DNA of 64,000 bases from the NCBI GenBank assembly GCA_000708835.1, contig DF236964.1:186001-250000 (forward strand). Reading direction: 5' to 3'. The notes beneath the pieces are model-generated. The model saw nothing but the letters and a program-made list of their open reading frames with translations. It was not told where the DNA came from and made no database searches. How positions within the stretch are numbered: position 1 is the first letter of the stretch; the number at the start of each line of letters is the position of its first letter. Positions 24,634-36,693 of this stretch are shown in pieces. Source of the stretch: Klebsormidium nitens (taxonomy: Eukaryota > Plantae > Klebsormidiophyceae). The translations under genes and the position numbers were made by a program.

Positions 24634-27600
24634 ATGAGCGCGCTCCGCAACCCCCCAGGCCGCCGCTTTGGCTGGGGCCTGCCCCTCGCCGCTCTTGCAT
24701 GCTGTGCGCTTATCGTACAGCTGTTGAGCGGACAGTCATGGGTGCTTCCCGCCGTTTGCTGTAAGGGATGCGTGCGTGACCCCCCGACAGGCTGTAGTCC
24801 AGGGGAACTAGACAGGGCTGATCACTCCGTGTTCCATCTGTCGGAGTCTGACCTGCCCGGAAACGATCTGGTCTTCAAGCTGTTCTCAGAAGAGGTGAAA
24901 AAGGATGGGCCGGGGTTGTTGGCAAGTGGACAAGGACAGCAAGTGCGTACTGATCCGGTTAAGTTTGCAACTAGAGCGGAGAAAGAGGTTCCAAAGTTGT
25001 TCCAGGTTTCTGGGCAGCGGGAGACCGTCGCCTCTGGCAGTGACGAGTCCAGCCCAAAGTCTCAAAACCCAGCAAGTCAAAAGGCAACATTCAACTCCTC
25101 ATCTGATACTCTTCCAGATATCGATCACTCAACGGCAGAGGCCGCCAAGAACAAGGCCTCTCATCCCTTCAGAATTGCACTCTTGAGCTCGTACACCCCC
25201 CAAAGGTGTGGTCTCGCGGAAGCCACGCACGATCTGTACCACAGGGGGTTGGTTTCGGCAGGGCTGCTGACCCCCCGCGTGAGTGTGGGTGTAATTGCGG
25301 TGGACGAAGGGGGGACGGCGGGCAATTACTCGGAGGAGGTTGCCTTTGTGATCAGCAAATGGAACCAGGAGGACTATGTGCGAGCCGCTGACGTCATCAA
25401 CCGCGACTATGACGTCCTCAACGTCCATCATGAGTGAGAAGGCGCTCTTTCTGTGCCTGGCCCTTACGACATTCTGCTTTTCTTTTTTGTCCCTTTCCAT
25501 TCGCTTTCTTCTCAATTTGACACTTCAGCTTCATGCAACATGCGTAGTATGCTAGCAGACCCTCTGTGTCATTGCATTCCGATGGAACATCTGAACCATA
25601 ATAGCAGGGATGCTGGTTCACTCCATTTGCGCCCAATTGCCAGTATTGTGATGCCAATGACATCATGTCTGTTAAGAAAGACTACTCAATTCCCCTTCTG
25701 ACGATGTCCCTTGTCTCGTTTCCTCGACTCTGAATTAGCGGTTCAAGTCTGCCTGCAAAAGTAGGAGGCATCAGAAAGTTGTCCTTAATCAGGTCACGTC
25801 AAAGCACCACTTTGTTTCTGGGTTTTTTCGAATAAGGTACTCCAGATTCGGAAGAGAACTTCTTTCTCCCAACGGGCTCCGCTCTTCTCATATATCCCTT
25901 TCCCTTCTGTCCCCTATAGGTACGGAATCTTTGGGGGTGACAATGGGGAGTTTTTGCTGGCCCTCCTATCCCGCTTAACCGTTCCAGTCGTAACCAACCT
26001 ACACACCGTCCCTACTTCCCTATCTGTCCAAGCCAAAACGGTCGTCGGCAGAATCCTGCACCATTCCGCCCGAGTCCAAGTCTTCCTCCCCTCCTTATGC
26101 GACCGCCTCCGGAATCAGTTCTCCCTCCGTTTCAAATGCTCGTTTTCGCCTCGAGGGGTCCCCTCGCCATCAGCCAAAACTCGCCAGATCCTTTCGGGGG
26201 GGTCAGATGAGGTGGTGATCGTCACCCCCGGACCGCTGGCCCCCGCCCATCGCATCGAACACATGATCGAAGCGATGAAGATAGTGCGGGCCGCGATCCC
26301 CCAAGCAGTGTATCACGTTCAGGGGGATCTCCCGAGAAATGCTGACGTCACCGCTGCCAAAGATTACGTCAGCAGTCTGAGGCGCCTGGCGGAGTCGTTC
26401 GGGGTAGAGGACGCGGTTCGCATCGAGGAGCGGTTTGCTGGTAACGAGGAGCTAACCACGCTGGTTAGCAGGGCGAGTCTCGTGGTTACGCCGTACATTG
26501 ACCGGACCCAGGTGAGAGGTTAATCGCTCTTTGCAGCTTCGAGAGTTTGTGAAGTCAGCATCAGAGCCAAAAGGGGCACGACTCCAGAAGAGTATTGAAG
26601 CTTGACTAGTTCCTGCCAAATTGCGGAGTCTGCCAGGATCCATCCACTTAGTCTCAACAAAGTGTATAAAGAGACGCCTAAGGTGAATGAATTCGACGTT
26701 TCCGTGTGTGTGGGCTCAAGTTTTTAACCTTTCGCTTTGCATGCTCTGAATTAAGCCGATCCATTTTCACAGAAACAATCCAGAAGTTTGTTTTTTATTG
26801 TTTTCGCGAGGACGTCTTTCTGATTTATGACTCGATGACGTTGACCATTATTTAGATGAAGCCGTCGAGATACCCGAAGGGCAAGGAAACGCGGCGAAAC
26901 TTTTGAATCGGGCACCGAGTGGCGCCTAAGTATGGGCATTCGCTTCTGTCCAGACTTTGTGGTCATGAGCTGACATGCAATCAGTCGCCCTCACGGGTTT
27001 CTTTGGAACACGCTCTTCAAACGCTTACCACAAGGAAACCCGATTCATTTCCAGTTCGAGACCGCTGCGAACTGCGCCCTATTAATCACGAACCGTGTTT
27101 GATCTTTCCACAGGCTCCGACATGGAATTTGCTGCTGCGATCGACCTTCGTAACCTCCTCCAATCGTATTCCTTCTCCGTGAACAGCCCACGTGTGAAAT
27201 TGCTTTCTCTAAGTGCTCTCCGGAGTTCTGCCTCTTGGGGTCGCCCCTAAACTCCTTGATTATTTCGGGCATCTGATGTGACACTGACGCCAACTGAAAT
27301 ACTCAGAATTGTTTTCAGATGTACCTAGTCATTTTCAAAAAAGTGGTTATAATAAAACGGGTCAAAAAAGGTTCTAATACTGATAAGAAACCGATTCCTT
27401 CATTCAGGTTTCCTCTGACGTCCTGGCTCTTGCCGTCGGCCTCGAACGCCCCGCGATCGCGAGCCCCTTTGAATCCGCTCTGACGCAGACCAGATTGCTC
27501 AGAACCCTTCTTAGGTTTGGTGACAGCAAAACGGAATATATTTTGAAATACTGATGAAAATTTGGTTCCTTCAGGTTTCCTCTGACGTCCTGGCTCTTGC

Positions 27601-28909
27601 CGTCGCCCTCGAACGCCCCGCGATCGCGACCCCCTTCGAGTACGCTCGATGGCTCTGCAACCGGACCAGTGCCGGCCCCCCCGTTTGCGCGCTTGTCCCC
27701 TTCCAAAACCCCGGCGCGCTAGCGGCGGCCGCGGTGCGCATCCTGCGCCGCCCCGACCTGCCGCGCGTCGCGCCCGCGGCCGCGCACGCGCGCGGCATGC
27801 TCGCATACTGGCCCGAGCTGGCGGCGCGCTGGGTGGCGCTCCTGCGGGACGTCAGCGTGACGTGGCAGAGGGACCGGACGTTCCGCGTCAGGCGGATCCA
27901 GGGGCCGTTTCCTAAGGCTGACGTAAACGATCCGAAGAACGACGAATCTCAAATGAAAACGGACGGCTTAGGGGGGCAATCTCGTTTGACGGCCTCGCAA
28001 ACGGAGCGGGATGAGATTGGCGGGCTTCGATTGAAAACGGGTCCTTTCAGGGGGGTCCATTCGGCCGGTGGAGCGCCCCCCCTCGAGCGGTGCACCGCGC
28101 AGCGGGGCGCTGACGGCTCCTTTTACGCCACCAATAGCTTATTGGCCCTGCACGGCCGCTTTTATAAGGGCGGGGAGCATAGAGTCAAGCATACCCTGCT
28201 CCAAGGCTCGGACCTGGTATTAGGTGCCGCGGGCGTCCGATACGGCGGAGCGTTTCTGTCCGCACGATCGGAGATTGGACAGGTGGAAACGAGGCTCATT
28301 CCAGACGTGGAGAATTTACGACAGGAGGGGAGGGGCGCGGTTCTGGGGTTCGAGTCGCTTGTGTTCGCTTCCGGGGATGAATCTGCGCCGGTTGCGAGAG
28401 TGTCAACGTCGTTCCGACTGCAGCCAAAGTCGACGGCTCTGACACTAGAGTTTCGAGTCGAGGCGATGGGCGGGTGCTTGGCTGACGTGGAAATCATCTC
28501 CGGAATGGATTGCATGTCTAGCACTTTCCCCGGGCTTACTTTCGACACGTTTCGTGCCCGGTCGACCGACGGCAAAGACATCGGTGTCTCAGCTACGAGC
28601 GCGGAAGCGACGTTGTTCGATCGCACCAAAGACGGAGTTTCAGACTGGAGTATTGTCATGAACAGGGCGGGCGATTTCGGTGTCGTCACGGTTCCCCGTA
28701 ACGAGTCTCTGTTGAGCTCCACGTTCAGCGAAGTAAGCGAAGAGGCGGGTGACGTCAGCTTCCATTACGTGGCGAGTCGGTATGCCCTAGGCGAGGTGTG
28801 CAGTGGTTTGCCAAAGTCCATCGTAGAAGAGAAGATTCTGGTATCGAAGATAGATGTAGATAATTGGTCTTTTTTTGACGGAGTCGTTCGAGAGCTTAAT
28901 CCTAACTGA
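24634..28909 (+). CDS. GT4 (Glycos_transf_1) glycosyltransferase of bacterial mannosyltransferase-like type, with N-terminal signal anchor and C-terminal unknown domain (paralog A)
   Basis: Exons 24634-25433, 25920-26511, 27575-28909. Motifs RIALLSSYTPQRCGLA, NVHHE|YGIFGG, VPVVTNLHTV, VTPYIDRTQ|VS..LA.A...PAIATPFEYA, LVPFQNPGALAAAAVRIL. Hydrophobic segment FGWGLPLAALACCALIVQLL follows an Arg-rich N-terminus. Confidence 0.85.
27400..27480 (+). repeat. Near-identical copy of the acceptor plus 5' end of GT4-A exon 3
   Basis: ttcag|gtttcctctgacgtcctggctcttgccgtcggcctcgaacgccccgcgatcgcgagcccc, ~167 bp upstream of the live acceptor at 27574. Confidence 0.9.
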
Positions 28910-29719
28910 ACGGCTTAAAGACTCATCGATTCCCATTTGTCTGAGATTGCCGTGCGAGATCTCAACCGCTTTTGATAAGATACTGACAACGTAATACTAA
29001 TCAACGCATGCCGACCGTTAGTGGATAAGTTCAAAAGACTAGCGCTGTGAAACGAGGCTGGTGGTTGGAAAAGGCGTCCTGAATTCTGGAGCGGCAGAAC
29101 AGTAGAAGAAGCGGATGCTTGCAGCCTGCGAGAGGACAAAAATACTTGCAGATACAACAAGGTCTGTATTTTGGACCGCGGTGAGGTGCCAGCGAAGTAT
29201 GAGGCGGAAATGATTGTCTTGGCGCCGTGCATGGCAGAGGGTGTCTGAACTCGCCTTTCATGAATTCCCCACAGTCGCCGAGCCCTCCGCATCTTTAATC
29301 AATGCATGGTTCAAGTAAAGAGTCTGGACGTCATGCCATCATGCATACTAAGCACCGACGGCTGCAAGTAAAAATCCTATTGCAGGTTTTCATGCCGGTC
29401 CGAGTCGTGCACGATGGAATTCAACTTCGAAACTGAGTGCGTCTTAGTGCCCGTGCCACGTCAGTGATCTCAATGGTGTGATCATTCTAAAGAGCTCGGA
29501 CTGGTTGTCACGGCGGGTCGATCATGACCCGGTGAATGATGTATACTATTCAGATGCTATAGCACTGCATGCAAGTCTAATAGTACGTATAGTTGATATC
29601 CTGAGGAAAGAAAATCAGCGGTATACGTCGCGGTACCTTTACACCATCATGTACGTACTAAGCGGAACCGCAGCTAGGACCGGTGTCCCCGATAAGAGTC
29701 GTCGGAAGTATACGTTTTG

Positions 29720-30187
29720 CTAGGAACAAGGTCTAAACTTGTCAACGGCTGGTATTCGGCGATCGAGGACAGGTGGGTTTGGTATGGTATAAGCCGCGCT
29801 TGAGGGCGCTTTAGTAACCGTTTGACCGTTCACTTTGATCCATTTCATCCGTTCGTTTGCAGCTGCGAGTCGAATCGACTTGGGCGCATCTTTCCATAGA
29901 GTCTGAGAGAACGGACCCGGAGCAAGCAAGTACTTCTTTAGTGTTCTGATTTCGATCCCACAATCAAAGTAATTCTCATAGAACCAGTTGATGACTCCAG
30001 GAATATCGGAGTTCACAATCGCTAGGAACTCAAGGCTCGTGCTCGTTCGAAGTGGTTTACTTGCGCCGTTACTAAGGTCTCTTAGTGATCTGCCAACAAC
30101 TCGTCTGCACAGGCTGCATTGCCGAAAAGGGACCGGGCCTTTTAATTTTCTGAGCTCCGAAGTATAATGACGTACTTCCAGAAGCAT
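29720..30187 (-). CDS. Orphan 155 aa ORF of unknown nature (possibly a mobile-element or pseudogene remnant)
   Basis: Uninterrupted ATG-started ORF with protein-like composition and one CxxC (CSLC). No recognisable family. Confidence 0.25.
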   Translation of the reverse strand: MLLEVRHYTSELRKLKGPVPFRQCSLCRRVVGRSLRDLSNGASKPLRTSTSLEFLAIVNSDIPGVINWFYENYFDCGIEIRTLKKYLLAPGPFSQTLWKDAPKSIRLAAANERMKWIKVNGQTVTKAPSSAAYTIPNPPVLDRRIPAVDKFRPCS

Positions 30188-32224
30188 AATAGTGATATAA
30201 AAAGCAAGATTGTGTGTAAGGGAAAATCCAATTTTTTTGAAACTCCTCGGTTGGGAAGCTTGAAGAGGGCTTGAAGGCGTTGCCGTAGCACGGAAATTTT
30301 GAATTTTAGATCTGAGCCATTGGAATTACTGCGTTGTGCAGCGTTGCAAGGCGATGTTCAACGGCTTTTTACAATGGAATGAAATCTCGCGAGACGATCG
30401 CAGGAGCCCCGGAAAGTTCCGCTGTAAGAACACAGACCTTCGTGAACGTCCCCTCAGGCTGCAGTCCCAGCTGCTGTTTCTTCCGCTGAACCTGCCTTTC
30501 CGAAATCTTGCACGGAATTCCGGCATGTCGTCATTTAGTAACCATTATAATTTAGCCTGTTGGCAAGTTGCCACTTGGCAGTCACCAGTATCAGGCGGAA
30601 ATGACGGTGCGGACTTGTAATTTTGCGCAGACCCTGCAATGATTGCGAAGATGAGAATGCGCCCATACGGGTCCTCGACACAACCCTTCGGGAAGCAACT
30701 TTCGTAATTCACATCTTGGTCACAAACCGAACACGTGAACATGTTTTGCACCCTGTCAGTGTCACCCGGAATCACACCGCACTGCGCATAGTAGTACCTA
30801 GTACATACACGAACACCCATTTCCGCCCTTTGTTTCAGCAAACGTGCCAGGGGTGAGGGAGTTCTCAAGCGAATCAGTCCGAGTTCTCATGAAGAGAGCT
30901 TCCTTGTTTAGGGCACATACCCGCCATGTGCTCTTGGAGAACATTTGCGCGTTGATATGAGACTATGTAATAAGGGGAGGATTGAGAGATTGACGAGGCG
31001 GCACCTTTCGCTGTTGTGGTTCCGAGACAAGCAAGTGTGACCATTGCATATATATACATTTCCGGCGTTGCTGTGCAGGATCAGATGATAACTCATGGTG
31101 AGTGTCAAGTTCCTGCAGGTCCGGGGCAGGCCTTGGATCCTCAAGCTTAGTTAGCAAACCGACTGTCTGTTGCAGCATCTTTGCACCTGCTAGTTCATTA
31201 GCAGACCGTGTATGCAGCTCCAGATTGCTGACATGTATCGCATCATTGCGCCTGATCATTGACAGGCTGGCCGCACATGATGTGTACATCAGATTTCTTC
31301 CTTTCTTACAATCTCGCCTCTGAACAGCGTATTTCCTTCAAAAGCTTTCTGAATGCTTTGACGTTGCTTGGAAGCTCTATGGCCTGGTCCAGTCTGTCTC
31401 AAATGCTGAGCAGCTTCCTGAAAAGAGGTCAATCCAGACTCCCAATTTGAAATTTGTCGTGGCTGTGTGCTTGGCACGAGTCTCCAATCATCATCAAAGG
31501 TCCCCTGCTTGTGGATTCCCATCAGGTTTTGACTATCTGGCCAACAAGGAACTAATTGTTCGCAATGATTAGCAGTTGGTTTAATTGACCCTTTTTCATC
31601 CTGCAGGTTTATTATAAGTGCAGCACTGGCTGAACTGCACATTGGCTTGTCTACTCTCGCTGATCCAATCTGGTTATCATAAGTTCAACACAGTGGATAC
31701 TGAGGCCAGATTTGCAAATTAATCTTGAGGAGACTGGATTGCTGCTGGGACTACTGTTGGTAAGCATCTCTTTGAAATCACCATTCTCTTTTAAAGAGGC
31801 AGTCTCTGGAACAACTCTACTTGATAGCCTGAGAGGTACTACCTTATCTGCCCCCCCAATGTAAGGTGTGGGGTGAGCTCCAGATTACGTCAACAATGGC
31901 TGCTTCCTTTCACTTACGGGCCTAAATCAATGTCCAAGGTTAGTTCTTCACAGCTTATGCAGGCAGGCCGATGAATCATGTGTCGTTGCAAGGCCAAGAG
32001 ACCGAAACGCTTGTTGGGTGCACACGTTGTCGCCGCTGGATGATTTGTGTCCCTAATGTATGAACAGTAAGGGCTGCTGATAAGTTTGCTTATCAAGGCT
32101 GTTTTTCAGTGAGTAGGCAGACTTGTAAAAGTTTGCAGGTACTTTTATTATCATACACATTGCTGTGGGTTCTGAGCATTCCACATCTTGTTGTTTACAG
32201 GCTGTACTACCGCTGACACTCACG

Positions 32225-35050
32225 ATGGCGCTTGTCAACTTTGCGGTGCTACTGCTTCTCGTTGCCACTCTCCCAAGCTGCCACCCTTTTACCATAAGGG
32301 ATTTCGAGGAGCGCCTTGGCTATAGCCTCAACGCCACAACCGCGGTACTGGATATGTCCAACGCAAGCCCTCCGCTACAGGGTCCCATTCCCTTGGAGTT
32401 GGGCAGCTTTGTGAACCTGACAAAGGTGGATCTTTCAGGGAACAACATTACTGGAGGGATCCCCCCGGAGCTTGGCCGGCTGGTCAATGTTACTTCTTTG
32501 ATCCTCGACGATAACCACCTGTCGGAGCCCATTCCGAAAGAGCTAGCTGGGCTGATTAAGCTCAGGAGCCTCTCTCTCAGCAACAACAGCTTGTCGGAGG
32601 GGATTCCAATCGAGCTTGGCTCCCTGTCCAGCCTGAAGAATCTGGATCTTGGTGCAAACCACCTGTCGGGTCCAATTCCAAAGCAGCTTGCTGCCCTAAG
32701 CAACTTGACCTTCCTGTTTCTGAACAATAACAGCTTGTCTGGGGAAATACCCATCGAGTTGGGGGCGCTGCGTAAGTTGTACGCGCTTAACCTGGCTGCA
32801 AACAATCTCACTGGAAACATACCTCCTGAGTTGGGCGACCTTGCGGGCATTTTCCACATAGACCTGAGCTTAAACAAGCTGACGGGTAGCATACCTGGTG
32901 AGCTGGGCAAGCTTCCAGTACAGATACTGGACCTGCAAAATAATAGCCTATCAGGTCAGATACCCCCTCAGCTGGGCAATCTTTCCAGCCTTTTTGCGGT
33001 GGACCTATCATACAACAATCTGGACGGGCCTATTCCCCCAGAGATAGGGGATATGGGCTGGAAAAAAACCAGCCCGTTCGGGATGTCCGTATACTTCCAA
33101 CACAATCGTCTGTCGGGACCGCTGCCCGCGGAATTTCGACGCCTGGTCGGCAGAGTTCTCACTCTCAACCTGGGGAACAACGAGTTCTCCGGGCCTCTGC
33201 CCTTTACTTTCGACGACTTTCCCGCGTGCTTTGCGGGCGTCATCCTCGGAAACAACAACTTCTCGGGGCCGTTTGTGTTGGAGCGCAGCAATTTCAGCTG
33301 CACTACCGGGTTAATCCTCAACAACAACAGCTTCTCCGGACCCATACCCGCAGCCCTCGGGAACAACGCTTCCTCTCTCCGTGGTATCGACCTATCAAAC
33401 AACAGGTTTACTGGGCCCTTACCCCCCGAGCTCGGTAAGCTTAAGTACCTATGGGTATTGGGCGTGAGCAACAACTCCCTATCCGGCCCGATTCCGCCAG
33501 AACTGGGGGCTTTGAGCAAGCTGACAACACTTGCTCTTATCGGCAACAACTTCAGTGGGGAGATACCGCCCAATCTGACGCACCTGGAGGTCTTGGACGT
33601 TAGCCGTAACCCGGGCCTTGTTAACCTGCCCCAAAACCTGACCAACAACGCGGAAAACCTGACTTTCCTGGGCATGTCTGGGCACGTTCCTGCCTGGGTT
33701 TCGGGCCTCAAGAAACTCCGGGGCCTTGTATTGAGGCCGCTCGATGGCCAGCCGTCGGAAGCCGTCCTCGACCTGTCTCACGTTCCAAACGGGACTCAGT
33801 TCGTCGCCGTCAGCGGAAACCAGCGCAACCTCTCGAAGATCGTCTTCTGGGAGGCTTGCAACTACGGCTGCACCATTGACCTCGTTGGGACTGGGGCGCG
33901 CCTTTCGCGCGGCACGAGGAGGGAGATCTGCTTGGGTAAGATCTCGGTCTTCTTATCGGGGGACCGTCCTCTGCGCGACGTCGATGCGCTGACCCTAACG
34001 AACAGCCAGGGCACGGTTTCCCTGCTCGATCCCTTATTCTTAGACAAGATTGATCTAGGCCCAGGCGGTCGTGCTTACACGGGCGTCAGCTTTCCCCGGG
34101 TTCAGGAGGGCAACCTTTGCAGGAACCCAGAGTCCCGCAAGGTGGTCGTGATTATGTTCTCGGTGTTTGCGGGGGCGCTGCTACTGGGCGCGCTTGTTGT
34201 CTCGATCGCCACTGCGCTACGGAGAACCAGAGCCGGGGGAAAACCACGCACGGAGTCAGCCATTGGAGCGACTCGGATGCAAGCGCCCCGTCTGGCCGGA
34301 GCTTATATCTGGGGCCTGATCGGCCCACTTCTCACGTGGGGCGCCCTGTATACGGATATCCGCGTCCTACTGGACGTCCGCGGCGCCTGGCCGCAGTGGG
34401 TCATTCTCGGGAGCATTTTGGCGTCCTATATTTCCGGGGCTCTCCTGGTGACGGAGCTTCTGCCGACGTCCGGCAGTTCTCTGCCGCCGGTGACGTCGCT
34501 GCGCATGCGGTGGATTTGGCCGCCCCCAGAACCAAACGCTGTGGGGGATCTGGGCACGACTGCATATCCTATGAGCCGCGCCAGGTGGGCGCTTCTATTG
34601 GTCGCTTGGCCTCTAGCTGTTCCAGTTGTGCCCCTGCTCGACTTTATGGTCCTCGTTGACCGGGTTGGCTTCCACGTGTCAACGTCGGTCAACACGGTTT
34701 ACAGTATGAGACCCTGGTATCAGACCCGGTCTCTGCTGGAGCTGGCGGTACGTACCGTGCCACAGATTGCTTTCCAGACGACCGTGTATCTGTTGGGCAA
34801 CTCGCGTGCGACGCGCTTCTACGTGGACGAGATTATTTTCGTGTCGTCTATCGGCGTTTCCTTGGTCTCCCTCCTTTTCCAACTCCTGACACTGTTCTGG
34901 GAAGCTGCCGCCGCCCCCGAGTATATTTGGATCACGTTTTGGAGGCACTTTAGGAGCGTGACTGGGCCGTGGACGACGTCAGCCGATGCCTGGTATGATG
35001 ATAACAATCTGAAGGTGGGCAGTGAGAAATTGGTGGAGCTGCCTCAGTGA
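32225..35050 (+). CDS. Intronless LRR receptor-like protein with signal peptide, ~17-19 plant-type LRRs, one TM helix and a multipass XK-like membrane module; no kinase
   Basis: Single ORF; likely start MALVNFAVLLLLVATLPSCHP. Repeats of LxxLxLxxNxLSGxIPxELG run from ~32330 to 33750. TM VVVIMFSVFAGALLLGALVVSI at ~34141-34210, followed by 4-5 further hydrophobic helices including RSLLELAVRTVPQIAFQTTVYLL. Confidence 0.9.
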   Translation: MALVNFAVLLLLVATLPSCHPFTIRDFEERLGYSLNATTAVLDMSNASPPLQGPIPLELGSFVNLTKVDLSGNNITGGIPPELGRLVNVTSLILDDNHLSEPIPKELAGLIKLRSLSLSNNSLSEGIPIELGSLSSLKNLDLGANHLSGPIPKQLAALSNLTFLFLNNNSLSGEIPIELGALRKLYALNLAANNLTGNIPPELGDLAGIFHIDLSLNKLTGSIPGELGKLPVQILDLQNNSLSGQIPPQLGNLSSLFAVDLSYNNLDGPIPPEIGDMGWKKTSPFGMSVYFQHNRLSGPLPAEFRRLVGRVLTLNLGNNEFSGPLPFTFDDFPACFAGVILGNNNFSGPFVLERSNFSCTTGLILNNNSFSGPIPAALGNNASSLRGIDLSNNRFTGPLPPELGKLKYLWVLGVSNNSLSGPIPPELGALSKLTTLALIGNNFSGEIPPNLTHLEVLDVSRNPGLVNLPQNLTNNAENLTFLGMSGHVPAWVSGLKKLRGLVLRPLDGQPSEAVLDLSHVPNGTQFVAVSGNQRNLSKIVFWEACNYGCTIDLVGTGARLSRGTRREICLGKISVFLSGDRPLRDVDALTLTNSQGTVSLLDPLFLDKIDLGPGGRAYTGVSFPRVQEGNLCRNPESRKVVVIMFSVFAGALLLGALVVSIATALRRTRAGGKPRTESAIGATRMQAPRLAGAYIWGLIGPLLTWGALYTDIRVLLDVRGAWPQWVILGSILASYISGALLVTELLPTSGSSLPPVTSLRMRWIWPPPEPNAVGDLGTTAYPMSRARWALLLVAWPLAVPVVPLLDFMVLVDRVGFHVSTSVNTVYSMRPWYQTRSLLELAVRTVPQIAFQTTVYLLGNSRATRFYVDEIIFVSSIGVSLVSLLFQLLTLFWEAAAAPEYIWITFWRHFRSVTGPWTTSADAWYDDNNLKVGSEKLVELPQ

Positions 35051-36693
35051 TCGGGGTATATATGCAGAATATTATTTAACGGTCATTCGTGCTGGAAGCG
35101 ACAATCCATGCGGACCATGCAAGTACAATCACGACAACGTCCCTTTCGGGGATCAGGCAGTACACATTAGGGGTTGCATATCCTAGGGTTTAAGTCGGCG
35201 TCAATTTTATGGGAGGCCGGTGCCGCCTTCTGTACGAACGTAAGGCCATCATTAATGGCCGGAGTTGCTTCTTCTCGACAGTACCACCGCCGTAAAGAAT
35301 GATCGACAGGTCGAGGAAGAATACTCATCATGCCCGTTTGAAACGTGACCTTGATGATAGGACTCCAGTCGAGTCATATTTCTCGCTTGTTCAGTATGCA
35401 ATGAAGCGTCACTTGGAGTCATCCGGTTCAGCTTTTATATCAAATGAAGTCAATGCTGTAGAAGGATGCGTGGTTGATCTGGTTGATCCGCGTGTGTGTG
35501 CGGCAACGGGGCAGATTATGCTAGCTGTGTTTGATGTTTTGGGCATTTGTTAAATGACCACGAGCCCTCTCAGTCTTCTTTTCATTTTAAGGTCCGACCT
35601 AGCTTATCGTACTAGTGGCAATATTCGAGTCCATTCAATGGCAAAGTTCTACAAATCCAATGATTTCCTTGAGTTGGAATCCAGTGCGAAAACGAACGTT
35701 TGCCTTTTAGATATCATGAGCGCTGCGGCGCGCACACTTAGTACCAGTACTTAATTGTTGCGGGCCATGCCAGCAGTGTAACTATAGTATGCTGAACATA
35801 CTGCTTTAGCCGATCGGACGGTACAACCTGATTCGGTATGTGTCGGATCTGTGCATGAGAAGCTCACTCAGTGAGCGCGGCACTGATATATCCAGAATTT
35901 AGGATATGCACGCATAATTGGATCATGGATCGAATGCAACGGTAACTTACTTGTCATACTTGGCACGGCAAGCTTCACGCAATTCGACCATGTACGATGA
36001 TGCGAACAGTGATTAGGATTGCGGCTAACACGGTACGCGAGTTAGTACGTGGGGCCGGTGAATTATTTGCACGCTTTGTATTAGTGACTATTTGTGGGAT
36101 CAAATTGAAACAGGCTTAACGGAAGCACGCGTACTCCTGCAATCGGGCTCAGGGCCTGATATAACGACTCTAGCCATGGCCTTTTGCGCATCATTGTGGT
36201 TTATGTCATGTGCTTACACTGGTTTTCCGGCCAATGTCATGAGGTGCATAGCTCAGTACTATAGATGAAGCCAGTTTTCTACTTTATGGCACCTCAAGCT
36301 GAGCAACAACTGTACCCGCCGTACGCTTGTAAAAAGTGAGCGCGCGCCAGAACACTGTTTTCAGATGATGGGCCGATCGGCCAACGGACATATGTTCAAT
36401 CCTACACGCCCTCTCGGTACAATCAGTTGCTAAAGTATAGCCAGCGAATAAGCCGCCCGATAAGCAAGGATCAAAATGTTTATTTTTGCTGTACAGAAGA
36501 AAATAGAAGTTTCTGTCCAGTATTCTGGACTCCTCGAATCAAGACATTATTAGCTCGCCTCTAAGATACGAGTTAAAGAGCGCGCTGTGTTGTAACAGTG
36601 TTGCATGCGAGGCAGCTGTAGTCGAACGCATGCTGTATAATAAAGCCTACTACCCTACAGGTTAAGGTGATAAGCAGGTCGGATTTCTTCAGT

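Noticed and set aside
32320-33711. Long minus-strand ORFs (196 and 247 aa) with repetitive look
   Set aside because: Antisense shadows of the LRR coding repeats.
35100-36650. Intergenic tract rich in GTAC/CATG palindromes with a short ttaggg-like piece
   Set aside because: Compositional impression only. No defined element boundaries or ORF.
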